Assembly: GCF_963921235.1 (NCBI RefSeq)
Contig: NC_086108.1
Span: forward strand, 98,396,001 to 98,460,000
Origin: Mobula hypostoma
Taxonomy: Eukaryota
Length of the DNA: 64,000 bases
Reading direction: 5' to 3'
Part shown: piece after piece, positions 50,300 to 63,445 of the stretch
Position numbering within the stretch: position 1 is the first letter of the stretch
How the letters are laid out: the number at the start of each line of letters is the position of its first letter
Translations under genes and position numbers: made by a program
Notes under the pieces: model-generated
Seen by the model: only the letters and a program-made list of their open reading frames with translations
The model's database searches: none
What the model was told of the DNA's origin: nothing

Positions 50300-50865
50300 G
50301 AATGGAGGACCTGAGTTATCAGGGAAGATTGAATAGGTCAGGAATTTATTCCGTGGAACATAAAGGATTGAGGGGAGATGTGATCGAGGTATATAGAATT
50401 ATGAGGGGTCTGAATAGGGTAACTGGAAGCAGGCTTTTTTTTCACTGAGGTTGGGTGGGACTACAACCAGAGATCACAGGTAAAAGATAAAAGGTGAAAA
50501 GTTTAAGGGGAACATGAGGGGAAACTTCTTCACTTAGAGAGTCGCAAGAATGTGGAACTAACTGCATGTGAGCTCGATATCGTTGTTAAAGAGAAGTTTA
50601 GGTCAGTACATCAGTCCGGCTGGAGGGTCTCGGTTCGAAACGGCTGAGTTCCTCCAGCATTTTGTGTGTGTGTGTGTGTGTGTTGCTTGGATTTCCAGCA
50701 TCTGCAGATTTTCTCTTGTTTGTGATTAGATCGGTACACGGACGGTCGGGGAATGGAGGGCTATAGTCCGGTAGCAGGTCGATGCGAGTAGGCAGTTTAC
50801 ATGGCTTGGCACAGCCTAGATGGGCCAAAGGGCCAGTTTCTGCGCTGTACTTTGCCATGACTCTG
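50300..50865 (+). mobile_element. CR1 3' fragment with a PLE tail inserted at about 50610-50722
   Basis: LRGDVIEVYRIMRG...FKGNMRGNFFT remnant. Confidence 0.75.
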
Positions 50866-51199
50866 TACTGGATGTAGTTAGTGGGCTACCAGCAGAAACC
50901 TTGTCTTTCTTTCTCCACATATGCTGTCTGACCCACCAGTGCGTGCATTAGATTGAAACACAAACTCCAGGGAAATGTTATGAACTAGGGGAGGTGCAAT
51001 GCTGCAAGTCGTGACGCACTACCTCGCAAATTTTCCTTAATTAATCAGCAATCAGCAAGGAATCTGGAAACCCCCGGCTTTAAATTCGGTCTCACACAAA
51101 GCTACATAATGATGCCACATTCGACCCATTTCCACCAAGTAAATTGTTTATGAAGTCTTGGTCAGGTGTTTCCTGCGTTTGTCCATCCAGACCAACATC

Positions 51200-53000
51200 C
51201 TGCTGCATCAGAAAATGTTAAGACGAACTGAAGCAGAGTTGCGTAGCTGATTCACCGCTGTTTGAGCGACGTGTTACCGCCATCCGGCCCCAAACAACAC
51301 ACCGGGAGTTCCCTCACACTATAACGTCAAATACCGGCGTGTGGCATTGACAGGCCGATGAGACGCTCGGGCCTCTCCCCTTCCCATCTTAAGAACAGAA
51401 TTATTCCCATTTCCAATCTTGCTAACAAAACATTTTCCAAGTGACACCTTCTCAAGCCACATGCGATAACGGGGAGCTACAGGCTGTCTCGAACCGCAAT
51501 TTTTCTATTGTGTTATTTATACCTTAATTCATTACATCTTCGCAACCTTAATCTTAACCTTAACCTTAACCCACCCAGACACCTTTTAATTCCGCTACAT
51601 ATACTTGGCACGAGTCGCCCCATACAAATGCATACTCTCTATGCAGCCGCGTGTACAAAGAGAGAGGCAGATTTAACCCCACCCTCAGAGCCGTCTCTAC
51701 TGTCTGCTGCAGAAACCCAGTCAGGTAAAGTCAACAGGCGGTTCGACTCCGATTAGAAACTGGCATTAGTCGGGATGGCAGAGATTAATGATAACTTTCT
51801 GTTAATACCCACTGAACTGACAAGACATAGATCGCTCCGACCCTTCCAAAAAAAAAGCACCAGCCTCCAAACAAAACCCGTCGTGTCTCGTTTTCCTTAG
51901 CCCAGCGAGAGAGGACGAAATGCCGACTGTTGTGCAACGTTAGGGGCATCGGCAATTCACACAAAAAGCCACAGGAACTCAGCATTTTGTGCGTGTTGCT
52001 TCGATTTCCAGCATCTGCAGGTTTTCTCTCGTTTGTGCTTGGGCCTCGGTAATATACAGGTCTGATACGCAAGTAAATGACTCGGTGCTGAATGAAGAAG
52101 CTGGGCGCTTTTCTGTAGTAGCCCCCACTCCTCTCCACCCCCTCCCTTCCACGACAGAGCACGTTTAATATTAATAACTTACATTAGGAGACATCGGCTA
52201 GCAATGAGAGCGTTTGAGTCCACAGCATGTGTACCGTTTTACATGAGGCAAACGCCCAAAGATTCCCAGCACTTTAAAATAAAACCGGAGCTGTTCATCC
52301 CGAAGAGGCAGACAATCCGGGTCTTTCCTGGCCTTAATTCTAAAAAAGAGATATTCCCTTGGTCGCAGAAGTCACGTTGCATGTTTCACATTTTTCACCT
52401 TTTCCTTCAGGGAATGAGGAGTCACCATTCAATCCAAGTGGGACTGGGGGTGCTGGTTAGCGGTGGCTAGTGTCTTCTTCAGCTACTGCCCGCAGGGCGC
52501 ACCGGCTAGCATCCCTCTTCATGCAGACCACAACCATTGCCTCGCTGCAGCGCGGAACACCACTCCCCCCGGCTAGAATGACACATCTGGCTGCTTTAGC
52601 TTCGCATCTACACGGTGCTACAGTCTATTCTCCAGGAAAAAGGACGGGTCTCTCCTCCTTCCGGGTCTACGGAGCGTTCAGCCAGATCTCCGCGCTTAAG
52701 AGTTAATCAGGAAGGAGGGGGGAGGGGAACGACGAACACCACCTTCGCTGCACTGAGTGGGAGACGGTGGGTGAGGAACCTCTGCGTCATGTGACCCCGG
52801 CCCCGCCCCTCCCGGCGCCCATGTGCACCGGAGGTGGGAGTCAGCCGAGCTGAGGCGGGCTTGCTGGGTATCTCGGGCAATCGGCGTTAGGGTGGAGGAC
52901 GCATTGGGTGTCTGTGCTGTACCAGCTCCTAGTCAGACAGCAACAACGCGATTATTTCTGGATTGGTGTGTCCTGTTGCGGAATAGAAGGGGGCTTTTCA
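51200..53000. promoter_or_regulatory. CpG-rich, largely repeat-free candidate promoter
   Basis: CpG density is visibly above the flanks. GTCATGTGAC (M-box/CLEAR-like E-box) at about 52786-52795 lies next to GC box CCCCGCCCC at 52801-52809. Confidence 0.6.
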
Positions 53001-53374
53001 ACTGTGCACGGAACGATACAAACTGCAGAAAATCTTGGGCAAGCGTTTGGGTTATTGACCTATTTAGAAAATATACTCCCAGATTGGACCATCTTGGAGA
53101 GGTCACCCAATGCAGTGGATTTCCCATCTCCCTCCCCGGTTTCTCGTAGGACAAACTGTATTTTTAAACCTTCTCTCTAGATACAAAGGAACGAGAAACG
53201 GATTGCGAGAGACTGGATGCTGGAGTTGTTTGCTTGCCCGCACTCCACTCTCTGTAACACTTTATTCCGCACTCTATTATTGTTTTCTCCTGTACAACGT
53301 CAGTGCTTTGTTGTAATGAAATGACCTGTATGGATGGCGTGCAAAACAAAGATTTCCCACTGTACTAGTGACAA

Positions 53375-53685
53375 GACCATTAGACGGTAAGACATAGGAA
53401 GAGAATCGTGGCATTTGGCCCATCCAATCTGCTCCTCTGTTCAATCATGGCTGATTTATTTTCCCTCTTAGCCCCATTTTTCCTGCCTTCTCACCCTTAC
53501 TAATCAAGAACTTGGCTTCCATAAGCATCTCAACCCGCCCTCCGGCTACAGAAATGGCACCTCATCTCCGTTCTAAAGAGATATACTTGTATTCTGAGGC
53601 TGGGCCCTCTGGCCCTAGGCTCTCCCACTATCGGAAACATCCTCTTCACACCCACTGTATCTAGGCCTCGCAATATTTGGTAGGG
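53375..53685 (-). mobile_element. CR1 3' fragment
   Basis: Tail, 3' UTR and EDVSDSGRA-region remnant. Confidence 0.75.
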
Positions 53686-54094
53686 CAATAAAAAAAAACA
53701 ATGTACCAAACAGAAACAATAAACAAAGTGCCAGAGGAAGGTCAGGTAGCAAGCATCTGTGGAGGCAAATGAACAGTTGGCATTGCAGACTGAGACCCGT
53801 CATCTGGACTGGCAGACTGCCTCCAGCAGTTTTGTTATTTTGTTATTGAAGGAATGAGAAATACTGCAATAATGAGCAACATCTGGCCAATTAATATTTA
53901 TATATTTGTAATTTATAGTAACTTTATATCTTTGCACTGGTCTGCTGCTGCAAAGCCGCAAACTTCACATCATATAAGTCAGTGATAACAAACCTGATTG
54001 TCATTAATCTGCTGTACATCTCTCTCTACTTCTGAGTGTTAGACTAGACTCTTTCTTGTTGAAAATGGTTGTTATCCAGCACTTCATAGAATAA

Positions 54095-54513
54095 GCAAAG
54101 TTTTGGATCGAGAGCCTTCACCAGGGCAGGAAAGGAAGTGGGGATAAGCCAGCATAAGAAGGTAGTGGGAGAGGAAGATCCACCTGACAAGTGGTAGGTG
54201 AGACCAGGTGAGGAGAAAGGTGGGCTTCCCTTTTTCCCATGGTCCACTCTCCTATCAGGTTCCTTCTTCAGCCCTTTGCCTCTTCCACCTATCACGTCCT
54301 AGCTTCTCACTTCATCCCCCTCCCCCACCCACCTACCTTCCTCTTCACCTGGCTTCACCTATCACTTTTTATCTTGTACTCCTTCCCCTCCCTTCACTTT
54401 CCTAATCTGGCTTCTCCCCCCTTCCTTTTCAGTCCTGATGAAGGGTCTCAGTCTGAAACGTCAACTGTTTATTCCCCTCCGTAGAAGCAACCTGACCTGC
54501 TGAATTCCTTCAG

Positions 54514-54559
<46 letters not shown>

Positions 54560-54590
54560 TTGGATTTCCAGCATCTGCAACATCTCTTAT
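54095..54590. mobile_element. Older palindromic PLE-end insertion with hammerhead motif at 54430-54467 and a (TG)n expansion
   Basis: Minus arm 54095 to about 54220, then plus arm to about 54588, containing CAGTC-CTGATGA-AGGGTCTCAGTCT-GAAACGTC-AACTG. Confidence 0.75.
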
Positions 54591-54857
54591 GCTTAAACTT
54601 ATGTTTTTACTCCATGTAACTTTAATCCAATTCCCAGATATCAGTATCTCATAAAAATTATTATTAGCAATGAAATGTTTTATCTGAAACATTAGAACTA
54701 TTTTTCCTGAGATTCTGCCTGATCTATTAAGAATTCCCAGCATTGTATAATTTTACAGCTTTAATTAGCTTTTTTTTTCTAATAAACTCCATCTGTGAGA
54801 ATTAACAGTTGCAAAATATGCATTATCTTAAAAGGAGCACTTCATACGGAATGCTTT

Positions 54858-55190
54858 GAGCAACACACACTGGAGGTACTCAGCAGGTTGGGCAGCATCG
54901 ATGGAGGAGAATAAGTTGATGTTTCCAGCCGAGATCCTTCATCAGGACCTGAAAAGAAGGGAGAAGAAGCCAGAATAAGAGGGTAGGAGGTGGAGATGGA
55001 GTACAAACTAGCAGGTGATAAATGAAGCCAGGTGAGGGGATTGGTGGGATGAAGGAAAAAGCTGTGAGATGATAGGTGGAAGTGGCAAAGGAGTAAAGAA
55101 GGAATCTGATAGGAGAGGACAGTGGATGATGGAAGAAAGGGAAGGAGGAGTGGCACTAGTGGCAACTGATGGGTAGGTGAGTTAAAGAGA
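54858..55190 (-). mobile_element. PLE 3'-end remnant
   Basis: Tail, degenerate hammerhead at 54914-54949, and purine-rich UTR. Confidence 0.75.
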
Positions 55191-56796
55191 AGGGTTGAGA
55201 ATGAATGGAAAAATGGCACAAATATGGCTAACGAGAGAGGATAAGGCTAAAATAAAAGCAAAAGAGATGGTGTACAAGGAAGCAAAAATTAGTAGGAAAA
55301 CTGGGGACTGGACGACTTTTAAAAACTTACAGAAGGAAACTAAGAAAGTCATTAGGAAAGAAAAGATGAATTACGAAAGGAAGTTGGCAATTAACATTAA
55401 AAAGGACACTAAGTTTTTTTTAAATAAATGAAGAGTGAAAGATTGACACGGGTAGATATAGGACTGATTGAAAATGATGCTGGAGAAATTATAATGGGTA
55501 ACAAAGAGATGGCAGAGGAACTAAATGAGTATTTTGCATCAGTCTTCACAGTGGAAGACATTAGCAACATACCTGACAGCCAGAGGTCTCAGGGAATAGA
55601 ATTAGGTACAGTCAAAATTACTAGAGAGAAAGTGCTTGGGAAGCTAAATGTATTAAGAATAGATGAGTCTCCTGGACTGGATGAGGTGCACCCACGGGTT
55701 CTGAAGGAGGTGGCTTTGGAGATTGTGGAGGCATTGGAAATGATCTTCCAGGAATCAATAGACTCTGGCATGGTTCCGGAGGACTGGAGGGTCACAAATG
55801 TAGTTCCGCTGTTTAAAAAAGGAAGGAGGCAGCAAAAAGAAAATTACAGACCTACTAGTCTGACATCAGTAGTTGGAAAGTTATCAGAGTCGATCCTCAA
55901 GGACGAGGTTATGAAATACTTCGAGATGCATGACAAGATAGGCCCAAACCAGCATGATTTCATGAAGGGAAGATCCTGCCTCACCAACCTATTGGAATTT
56001 TTTGAGGTAATCTCAAATAAGATTGATAAGGGAGAAGCTGCGGATGTTCTGTACAGTATTTGGATTTTCAAAAGGCCTTCGATGAGGTGCCGCATAAGAG
56101 GCTGCTTAATAAGATGAGGGAATTACAGGAAAGATATTGGAATAGGTGGAGCATTGGCTGATAGGCTGAAAGCAAAGGTTGGGAATAAAGGGATCCTATT
56201 CTGATTGGTTGCCAGTTACTAGCAGTGTTCCGCAGGGGTCGGGGTTGGGACTGCTTCTTTTCACAATGTATATCAGTAATCTAGATTATGGATTAAATGG
56301 TTTTGTGGCTAAATTTGCGAATGACACCAAGATAGGTGGAGGAGCAGGAAGTGTTGAAGAAACGGAAAGGTTGCAGAGAGACTTGGTCAGTTTAGGAGAG
56401 TGGGCAAAGAAATGGCAGATGAAATACAATGTTGAGAATGTACGGTTGTACATTTTGGAAGAAGAAATAATCGGGCAGATTATTATTCAGATGGGGAGAA
56501 AATTCAAAAATCGGAAGTGCAAAGGGACTTGGGGGTCCTCGTACAGGATACCCTAAAGGTTAACCACCAGGTTGGATCAGCAGTAAGGAAAGCGAATGCT
56601 ATGTTGGCATTCATTTCAAGAGGAATAGTGTATAAGAGTAAGGGGGTGTTGATGAGGCTCTATGGGGCACTGGTGAGACCTTATTTGGAATACTGTGTGC
56701 AGTTTTGGGCCCCCTATCTTAGATGGGATGTTCTGATGTTGGAGAGAGATCAGAGAAGATTTACGAGGATGATTCCTGGAATGCAGGGGCTAACAT

Positions 56797-59505
56797 CAGA
56801 TTAGGTGATGGTTAAAGAAGAGATTAACGCAATAGAAAGGAAGGACATAAGCCGGGAAGATGTGGAATCGATATGGGTAGAGCTACGTAACACTAAGGGG
56901 CAGAAGACGCTGGTGGGAGTTGTGTACAGGCCACCTAACAGTAGTAGTGAGGTTGGAGATGGTATTAGACAGGAAATTAGAAATGTGTGCAATAAAGGAA
57001 CAGCAGTTATAATGGTTGACTTCAATCTACATGTAGATTGGGTGAACCAAATTGGTAAAGGTGCTGAGGAAGAGGATTTCTTGGAATGTATGCGGGCTGG
57101 TTTTTTGAACCAACATGTCGAGGAACCAACTAGAGAGCAGGCTATTCTGGACTGGGTTTTGAGCAATGAGGAAGGGTTAATTAGCAATCTTGTCGTGAGA
57201 GGCCCCTTGGGTAAGAGTGACTATAATATGGTGGAATTCTTCATTAAGATGGAGAGTGACATAGTTAATTCAAAAACAAAGGTTCTGAACTTAAAGAGGG
57301 GTAACTTTGAAGGTATGAGACATGAATTAGCTAAGATAGACTGGCAAATGACACTTAAAGGATTGACGGTGGATATGCAATGGTAAGCATTTAAAGGTTG
57401 CATGGATGAACTACAACAATTGTTCATCCCAGTTTGGCAAAAGAATAAATCAAGGAAGGTAGTGCACCCGTGGCTGACAAGAGAAATTAGGGATAGTATC
57501 AATTCCAAAGAAGAAGCATACAAATTAGCCAGAGAAAGTGGCTCACCTGAGGACTGGGAGAAATTCAGAGTTCAGCAGAGGAGGACAAAGGGCTTAATTA
57601 GGAAGGGGAAAAAAGATTATGAGAGAAAACTGGCAGGGAACATAAAAACTGACTGTAAAAGCTTTTATAGATATGTTAGAAGGAAAAGACTGGTAAAGAC
57701 AAATGTAGGTCCCCTACAGACAGAAACAGGTGAGTTGATTATGGGGAGCAAGGACATGGCAGACCAATTGAATAATTACCTTGGTTCTGTCTTCACTAAG
57801 GAGGACATAAATAATCTTCCAGAAATAGTAGGGGACAGAGGGTCCAGTGAGATGGAGGAACTGAGCGAAATACATGTTAGTAGGGAAGTGGTGTTAGGTA
57901 AATTGAAGGGATTGAAGGCAGATAAATCCCCAGGGCCAGATGGTCTGCATCCTAGAGTGCTTAAGGAAGTAGCCCAAGAAATAGTGGATGCATTAGTGAT
58001 AATTTTTCAAAACTCGTTAGATTCTGGACTGGTTCCTGAGGATTGGAGGGTGGCTAATGTAACCCCACTTTTTAAAAAAGGAGGGAGAGAGAAACCGGGG
58101 AATTATAGACCAGTTAGCCTAACGTCAGTGGTGGGGAAACTGCTGGAGTCAGTTATCAAAGATGTGATAACAGCACATTTGGAAAGCGGTGAAATGATCG
58201 GACAAAGTCAGCATGGATTTGTGAAAGGAAAATCATGTCTGACGAATCTCATAGAATTTTTTGAGGATGTAACTAGTAGAGTGGATAGGGGAGAACCAGT
58301 GGATGTGGTATATTTGGATTTTCAAAAGGCTTTTGACAAGGTCCCACACAGGAGATTAGTGTGCAAACTTAAAGCACACGGTATTGAGGGTAAGGTATTG
58401 ATGTGGATGGAGAATTGGTTAGCAGACAGGAAGCAAAGAGTGGGAAAAAACGAGACCTTTTCAGAATGGCAGGCGGTGACTAGTGGGGTACCGCAAGGCT
58501 CAGTGCTGGGACCCCAGTTGTTTACAATATATATTAATGACTTGGATGAGGGAATTAAATGCAGCATCTCCAAGTTTGCGGATGACACGAAGCTGGGTGG
58601 CAGTGTTAGCTTTGAGGAGGATGCTAAGAGGATGCAGAGTGACTTGGATAGGTTGGGTGAGTGGGCAAATTCATGGCAGATGCAATTTAATGTGGATAAA
58701 TGTGAAGTTATCCACTTTGGTGGCAAAAATAGGAAAACAGATTATTATCTGAATGGTGGCCGATTAGGAAAAGGGGAGGTGCAACGAGACCTGGGTGTCA
58801 TTATACACCAGTCATTGAAAGTGGGCATGCAGGTACAGCAGGCAGTGAAAAAGGCGAATGGTATGCTGGCATTTATAGCGAGAGGATTCGAGTACAGGAG
58901 CAGGGAGGTACTACTGCAGTTGTACAAGGCCTTGGTGAGACCACACCTGGAGTATTGTGTGCAGTTTTGGTCCCCTAATCTGAGGAAAGACATCCTTGCC
59001 TTAGAGGGAGTACAAAGAAGGTTCACCAGATTGATTCCTGGGATGGCAGGACTTTCATATGAAGAAAGACTGGATGAACTGGGCTTGTACTCGTTGGAAT
59101 TTAGAAGATTGAGGGGGGATCTGATTGAAACGTATAAAATCCTAAAGGGATTGGACAGGCTAGATGCAGGAAGATTGTTCCTGATGTTGGGGAAGTCCAG
59201 AACAAGGGGTCACAGTTTGAGGATAAAGGGGAAGCCTTTTAGGACCGAGATTAGGAAAAACCTCTTCACACAGAGAGTGGTGAATCTGTGGAATTCTCTG
59301 CCACAGGAAACAGTTGAGGCCAGTTCATTGGCTATATTTAAGAGGGAGTTAGATATGGCCCTTGTGGCTACGGGGATCAGGGGGTATGGAGGGAAGGCTG
59401 GGGCGGGGTTCTGAGTTGGATGATCAGCCATGATCATAATAAATAGCGGTGCAGGCTTGAAGGGCCGAATGACCTACTCCTGCACCTATTTTCTATGTTT
59501 CTATG
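56797..59505 (+). mobile_element. CR1-E, young 5'-truncated copy
   Basis: TSD TAACAT (56791-56796 and 59506-59511) and (TTTCTATG)n tail. Confidence 0.93.
56805..59414 (+). pseudogene. CR1-E ORF2 (partial APE plus complete RT), one in-frame stop at 57384-57386
   Basis: 193-aa and 670-aa ORFs in the same frame; LDFQKAFDKV, GVPQGSVLGP, FADD. Confidence 0.93.
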
Positions 59506-60359
59506 TAACATATGAGGAGCGTTTGTCGGCTCTTGGACTGTATTCATTAGAGTATAGAAGAATGAGAGGGGATCTCAGAGAAACATTTCAAATGTTGAAA
59601 AGGTTGGACAGGGTAGATGTGGAAAGACTGTTTCCCTTGGTGGGTGAGTCCAGGACAAGAGACCACAGTCTTAGAATTAGAGGGTACCCATTTAAAACAG
59701 AGATGAGGAGAAATTTTTTTAGCCAGAGGGTCATGGATTTATGGAATTCGTTGCCACATACAGCTGTGGAGGCCGGATCATTGAGGGTGTTTAAGGAGGA
59801 GATTGATAGGTATCTAATTAGTCCGGGTATCAAGAGATATGGGGAAAAAGCCGGAAATTGGAACTAGATGTGAGAATAGTTTAGCTCATGGTGGAGTGGC
59901 GGAGCAGGCTTGATGGGCTGAATGGCCTACTTCTGCACCTTTATCTTGTGATCTTATGAGAAGGGAAACAGAATGGGGAATGGAAAAAAAAGGAGGGAGG
60001 GGTAGAAATTACTGGAAGTTAGAGGAATCGATGTTGCCAGAAGTAGGTATGTCACCAGAATGCTTTTCCTTCAGAATAACAAAAATATTGTTTTAAACCA
60101 ACATTTATCTCAAAATGGCCTCCGTAATTATTTGTCATAGGGGCTACAAACAGTAACATCAGTCTTATACATCCATTGTTTCAGCAAATGACTAATCTCT
60201 AAAGAGAGATAATTTCCTGTTCTGACTCATTGAGCCTTAAAGTACCCAGATATTAAACAAGCAAAAAGTTACTTAATACTTCGATCATCAGAGATTAAAC
60301 TGAAACTGGATATTGTTAATTATGGTAACTAGGTTTCAGCAGACGATGACTTGGCTACC

Positions 60360-60920
60360 TCAGTGGAGAGTATCCGAACTGATTGCATCCCTGCTAGGTA
60401 AGGAAACACCAAAGCCCAGGAGTAGAAAATTCAACAGATAAAGTTCATCACAGATAAAGTTCACCCCAGCATTGAGTTTATCTACAAGGAGCACTGCCAC
60501 AAGAAAGCAGTATCCATTGTCATGGACCCCCACCATCCAGGTCATGCTCTCTTCCCATGACTACTCTCAGGCAGGAGATACAAGAGCCTAAGACCCCACA
60601 CTACCAGATTCAGGAGAAATTATTACTCTACAACTATAGGTTTCCTAAACCGGTGTGGATAACCTCACTCACCTCAACACTGAACTGATTCCACAGCCCA
60701 CAAACTCACTTTCAAGGACACTTTACAACTCATGTTCTCAGTATTATTTATTTTTTAAATTTCCACATTTGTCTTTTACACATTGTTTGTATGTCAGTCT
60801 TTGTTAATATATAGTTTTCCATAAATTCTATTGTATTCCTTTATTTCCCACAAGTAAATGAATCTCAAGGTAGTATATGGTGACAGATGCATGCTTTGAA
60901 AATAAATTTACTTTACCTTT
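60360..60920 (+). mobile_element. Rex1/Babar-type 3' fragment
   Basis: Similar to 31505-32028. Confidence 0.75.
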
Positions 60921-61356
60921 CATATATATGCAGCCACTTTTGACACTGACATGAATACTGCAACAATATTTTTGTTCATGGTAAAGTAAGTCACTTCACT
61001 GAAGTGCTATCAAACACAATCAGACACTGAGCTGAACTGCTGCTTGGAAATTTGCAAGAGGCAGCACTACGAGTGCACCAAAGCTGGCAAGATTTGCCCA
61101 ACTCTTAGCTGACAGTGGTGTCTCAGCTGTACTCTTCTGTCCTGAGCTTCTTCTCGGTCAAATTCCGAAGACCCAGCCTTCAGGTAGAAGACTCTCCTCT
61201 TAGATTTTGCTTCCACTTACACACGGGACAAAAATATTCAGAGCACAAAAACATCAAATAACTGTTAGCATTTAAGATCTCCGCAAGCTTCCTCAAACTC
61301 TTATATATTTAATCCTACCAGCACATCCTTTAATTCTACAGTCCTTCAAGTGCTTA

Positions 61357-61532
61357 TAAACACAAGAGATTCTCCAAATGCTGGAAATCCAAAGCAGCAC
61401 ACACAAAATGCTGCAGGTACTCAGTAAATCAGGCAGCATCTATGGAGAGGAGTAAACAGTTGACATTTTGGCTCGAAACATCGATTACTTCTTCCCCTCT
61501 ATTGGTGCTGCCTGACGTGCCAAGTTCCTCCG
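61357..61532. mobile_element. Miniature palindromic PLE-end insertion
   Basis: Minus tail and plus tail meet within the hammerhead region. Flanks TCAA(G/A)TGCTTA at 61346-61356 and 61533-61543. Confidence 0.75.
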
Positions 61533-61889
61533 TCAAATGCTTAGCAACTTTTACGCTGAAAGCATAAAAAAAAGCACTATGACTGCTTCAAGTTTCATCC
61601 ACTCACTGGATGAACATGTTAATTTTAAATGATGCTTTGCACTGATTGGTGAACTGCTTATATTTGTAGGTTCTATTCCAGTCCCAGTCCCATGGAAACA
61701 TCTCACCCATCTGCCCATTGTCTCAGTCTTCCAAAGTCTAGTACAAAGAGCTCCATCCTCTTCCATCTTCCCAGATAGGTAGTAATTCTCTATTCTGATA
61801 TCATTTTTTTCTTTGTGGAACTGGCCAAAGCATTCCAGCTAGGAAAAAATTATCTTCCCAACATTGTCATGAGTTCACTGTTCATCCGT

Positions 61890-62290
61890 ATCCCAGTTTC
61901 TCCCCCGTCTTACCTCTTCTCTTTTCTTCACCTGCTTCCCTTCTCCCTCCAGTGTCCCTCCTCCTTCTCTTCCTCCCGTGGTCCACTCTACACTCCTATC
62001 AGATTCCTTCTTCTTCAGCCCTTTATCACTCCCAGATTCTTACTTCACTCCCCTCCCCTCACCTACCTACCATCCCGCCTTACCTGCTACTTGCACTCCT
62101 TCCCCTCCTCCCACTTTCTTATTCACTCATCTTCCCTCTTCCTTTCTAGTTCCTGATGAAGGAGAGTCTTAGCCCAAAACGTCAAGTCTTTATTCCTTTC
62201 CATTGACGCTGCCTAACCCGCTGAGTTCCTCCAGCATCTTGTATGTGTTACTCTGGATTTCCCACATCAGCCGCATCTCCCGTGTTCTCA
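61890..62290 (+). mobile_element. PLE 3'-end remnant
   Basis: Pyrimidine-rich UTR, degenerate CTGATGA...AAAACGTC, and tail. Confidence 0.7.
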
Positions 62291-63021
62291 GTTGGAATCT
62301 TTTCACCGGCAAATTGACTGGATTTTCCCCAAAGGTGATAGCTTCATGGGTCTGAGGCCTAGCGCCCAATATCCTTAAATGGGAATTTTTCAGAAACTGG
62401 CCCTTATTTTTCTTGAAAGGAACATAAACCAGACATTCTACATTTGAAGGAAGCCAAGAATTTTATCAGCTAGGCAAGAGAGAAAAAGAAAATGCTATTA
62501 ATATAAGGAGGAATTGAGCTTCCAAGACTTTTTCAAAGCAAACAGAAGAATTACATTTGACTAATAGGTTTTCTTTAAAATGACTGTTGTAGGGCAGGAT
62601 TAGTGAAACCAACCAACAAATGTATTACCTTAACCAAATATAGGAAAAAAATAAGAATGGTGCACGTGTCAGACAATTATAAGTGGTGTTATCAGCAAAA
62701 TATTGAAATGTAGCCAGGATAATAATTATTAACAATTAAAGATAAGTTTTCAAATCTGGCCCCAGATAAATTATTCCCCAAATCTTCTCTTGCCATTTGC
62801 AACCAAATGACAGTCAGGAATTAATCATAAAATATTAATGCATTAATTTAGCTTCAGCATTCAAATCAAGCATTTATAATGCCCTTGTGTGGTAATATCC
62901 AGCAACTCAGAAATAATTGTAAAAATAGTCTTAGGGAGCATATTTCCAGTTATAATTTAGCAGGTTGTTCTGATTTTCTACAAACTCATTTCTCAAATCT
63001 ATTTTCATTCACTTACTAAGG

Positions 63022-63445
63022 TGTCCTCCAAGAGGACCACCACCTTGCTGTTGGGCTTGGAGGCTTGTGTGTCTCAATGACCCAGAGAGCTATGTTGGCT
63101 GAAGTCAGGGCTTTATGCTTTGACCCTTGGTAGGATCACCCCTGCCAAACAGGTCAAAGGGTAAAGGACAGACTAGAAGAGGTCCTCCGGTCCTCAAGGT
63201 TCGAGGGTTCAGCTCAGGGCTAACACCCCTGATTGGTAAAACAAAACTGTTGTGGAAACAACAATGAAGAATCCTTCTACATGTGTGGGATGGCATTCCT
63301 GAGTCTCCACCCAGAACTTGTGTGACCGACAGCAGTGAAAGCCAAGAGGAAGCTACTGACATGATGACGGAAGCCCTGAACACCACCAGAGATGGAGGAC
63401 CCTCATTGCTACCCTAAACACCAGTGGTATCATGGGTAGTAAAAA
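63022..63445 (+). mobile_element. RTE-clade 5' UTR-derived short element
   Basis: caccttg...ggcttgtgtgtctcaatgac...gagctatg and gggctaacacccc...gtaaaa resemble RTE 5' UTRs; no ORF follows. Confidence 0.5.

Larger units (their letters stand above)
55200..59960 (+). mobile_element. CR1-D (55200-56796 plus 59512-59960), interrupted by CR1-E
   Basis: RRFTRMIPGMQGLT resumes as TYEERLSALGLYSLE across the TAACAT duplication. Confidence 0.9.

Noticed and set aside
51543..51572. (CCTTAA)n as an interstitial telomere
   Set aside because: Only about four imperfect units, and not the vertebrate CCCTAA repeat.
57402..59414. 670-aa ORF as a host gene
   Set aside because: It is CR1 ORF2 RT inside a TSD-bounded, 5'-truncated LINE.
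61020..61780. Possible plus-strand exons (about 61024-61183 and 61670-61778)
   Set aside because: Weak splice signals and no recognisable protein similarity.
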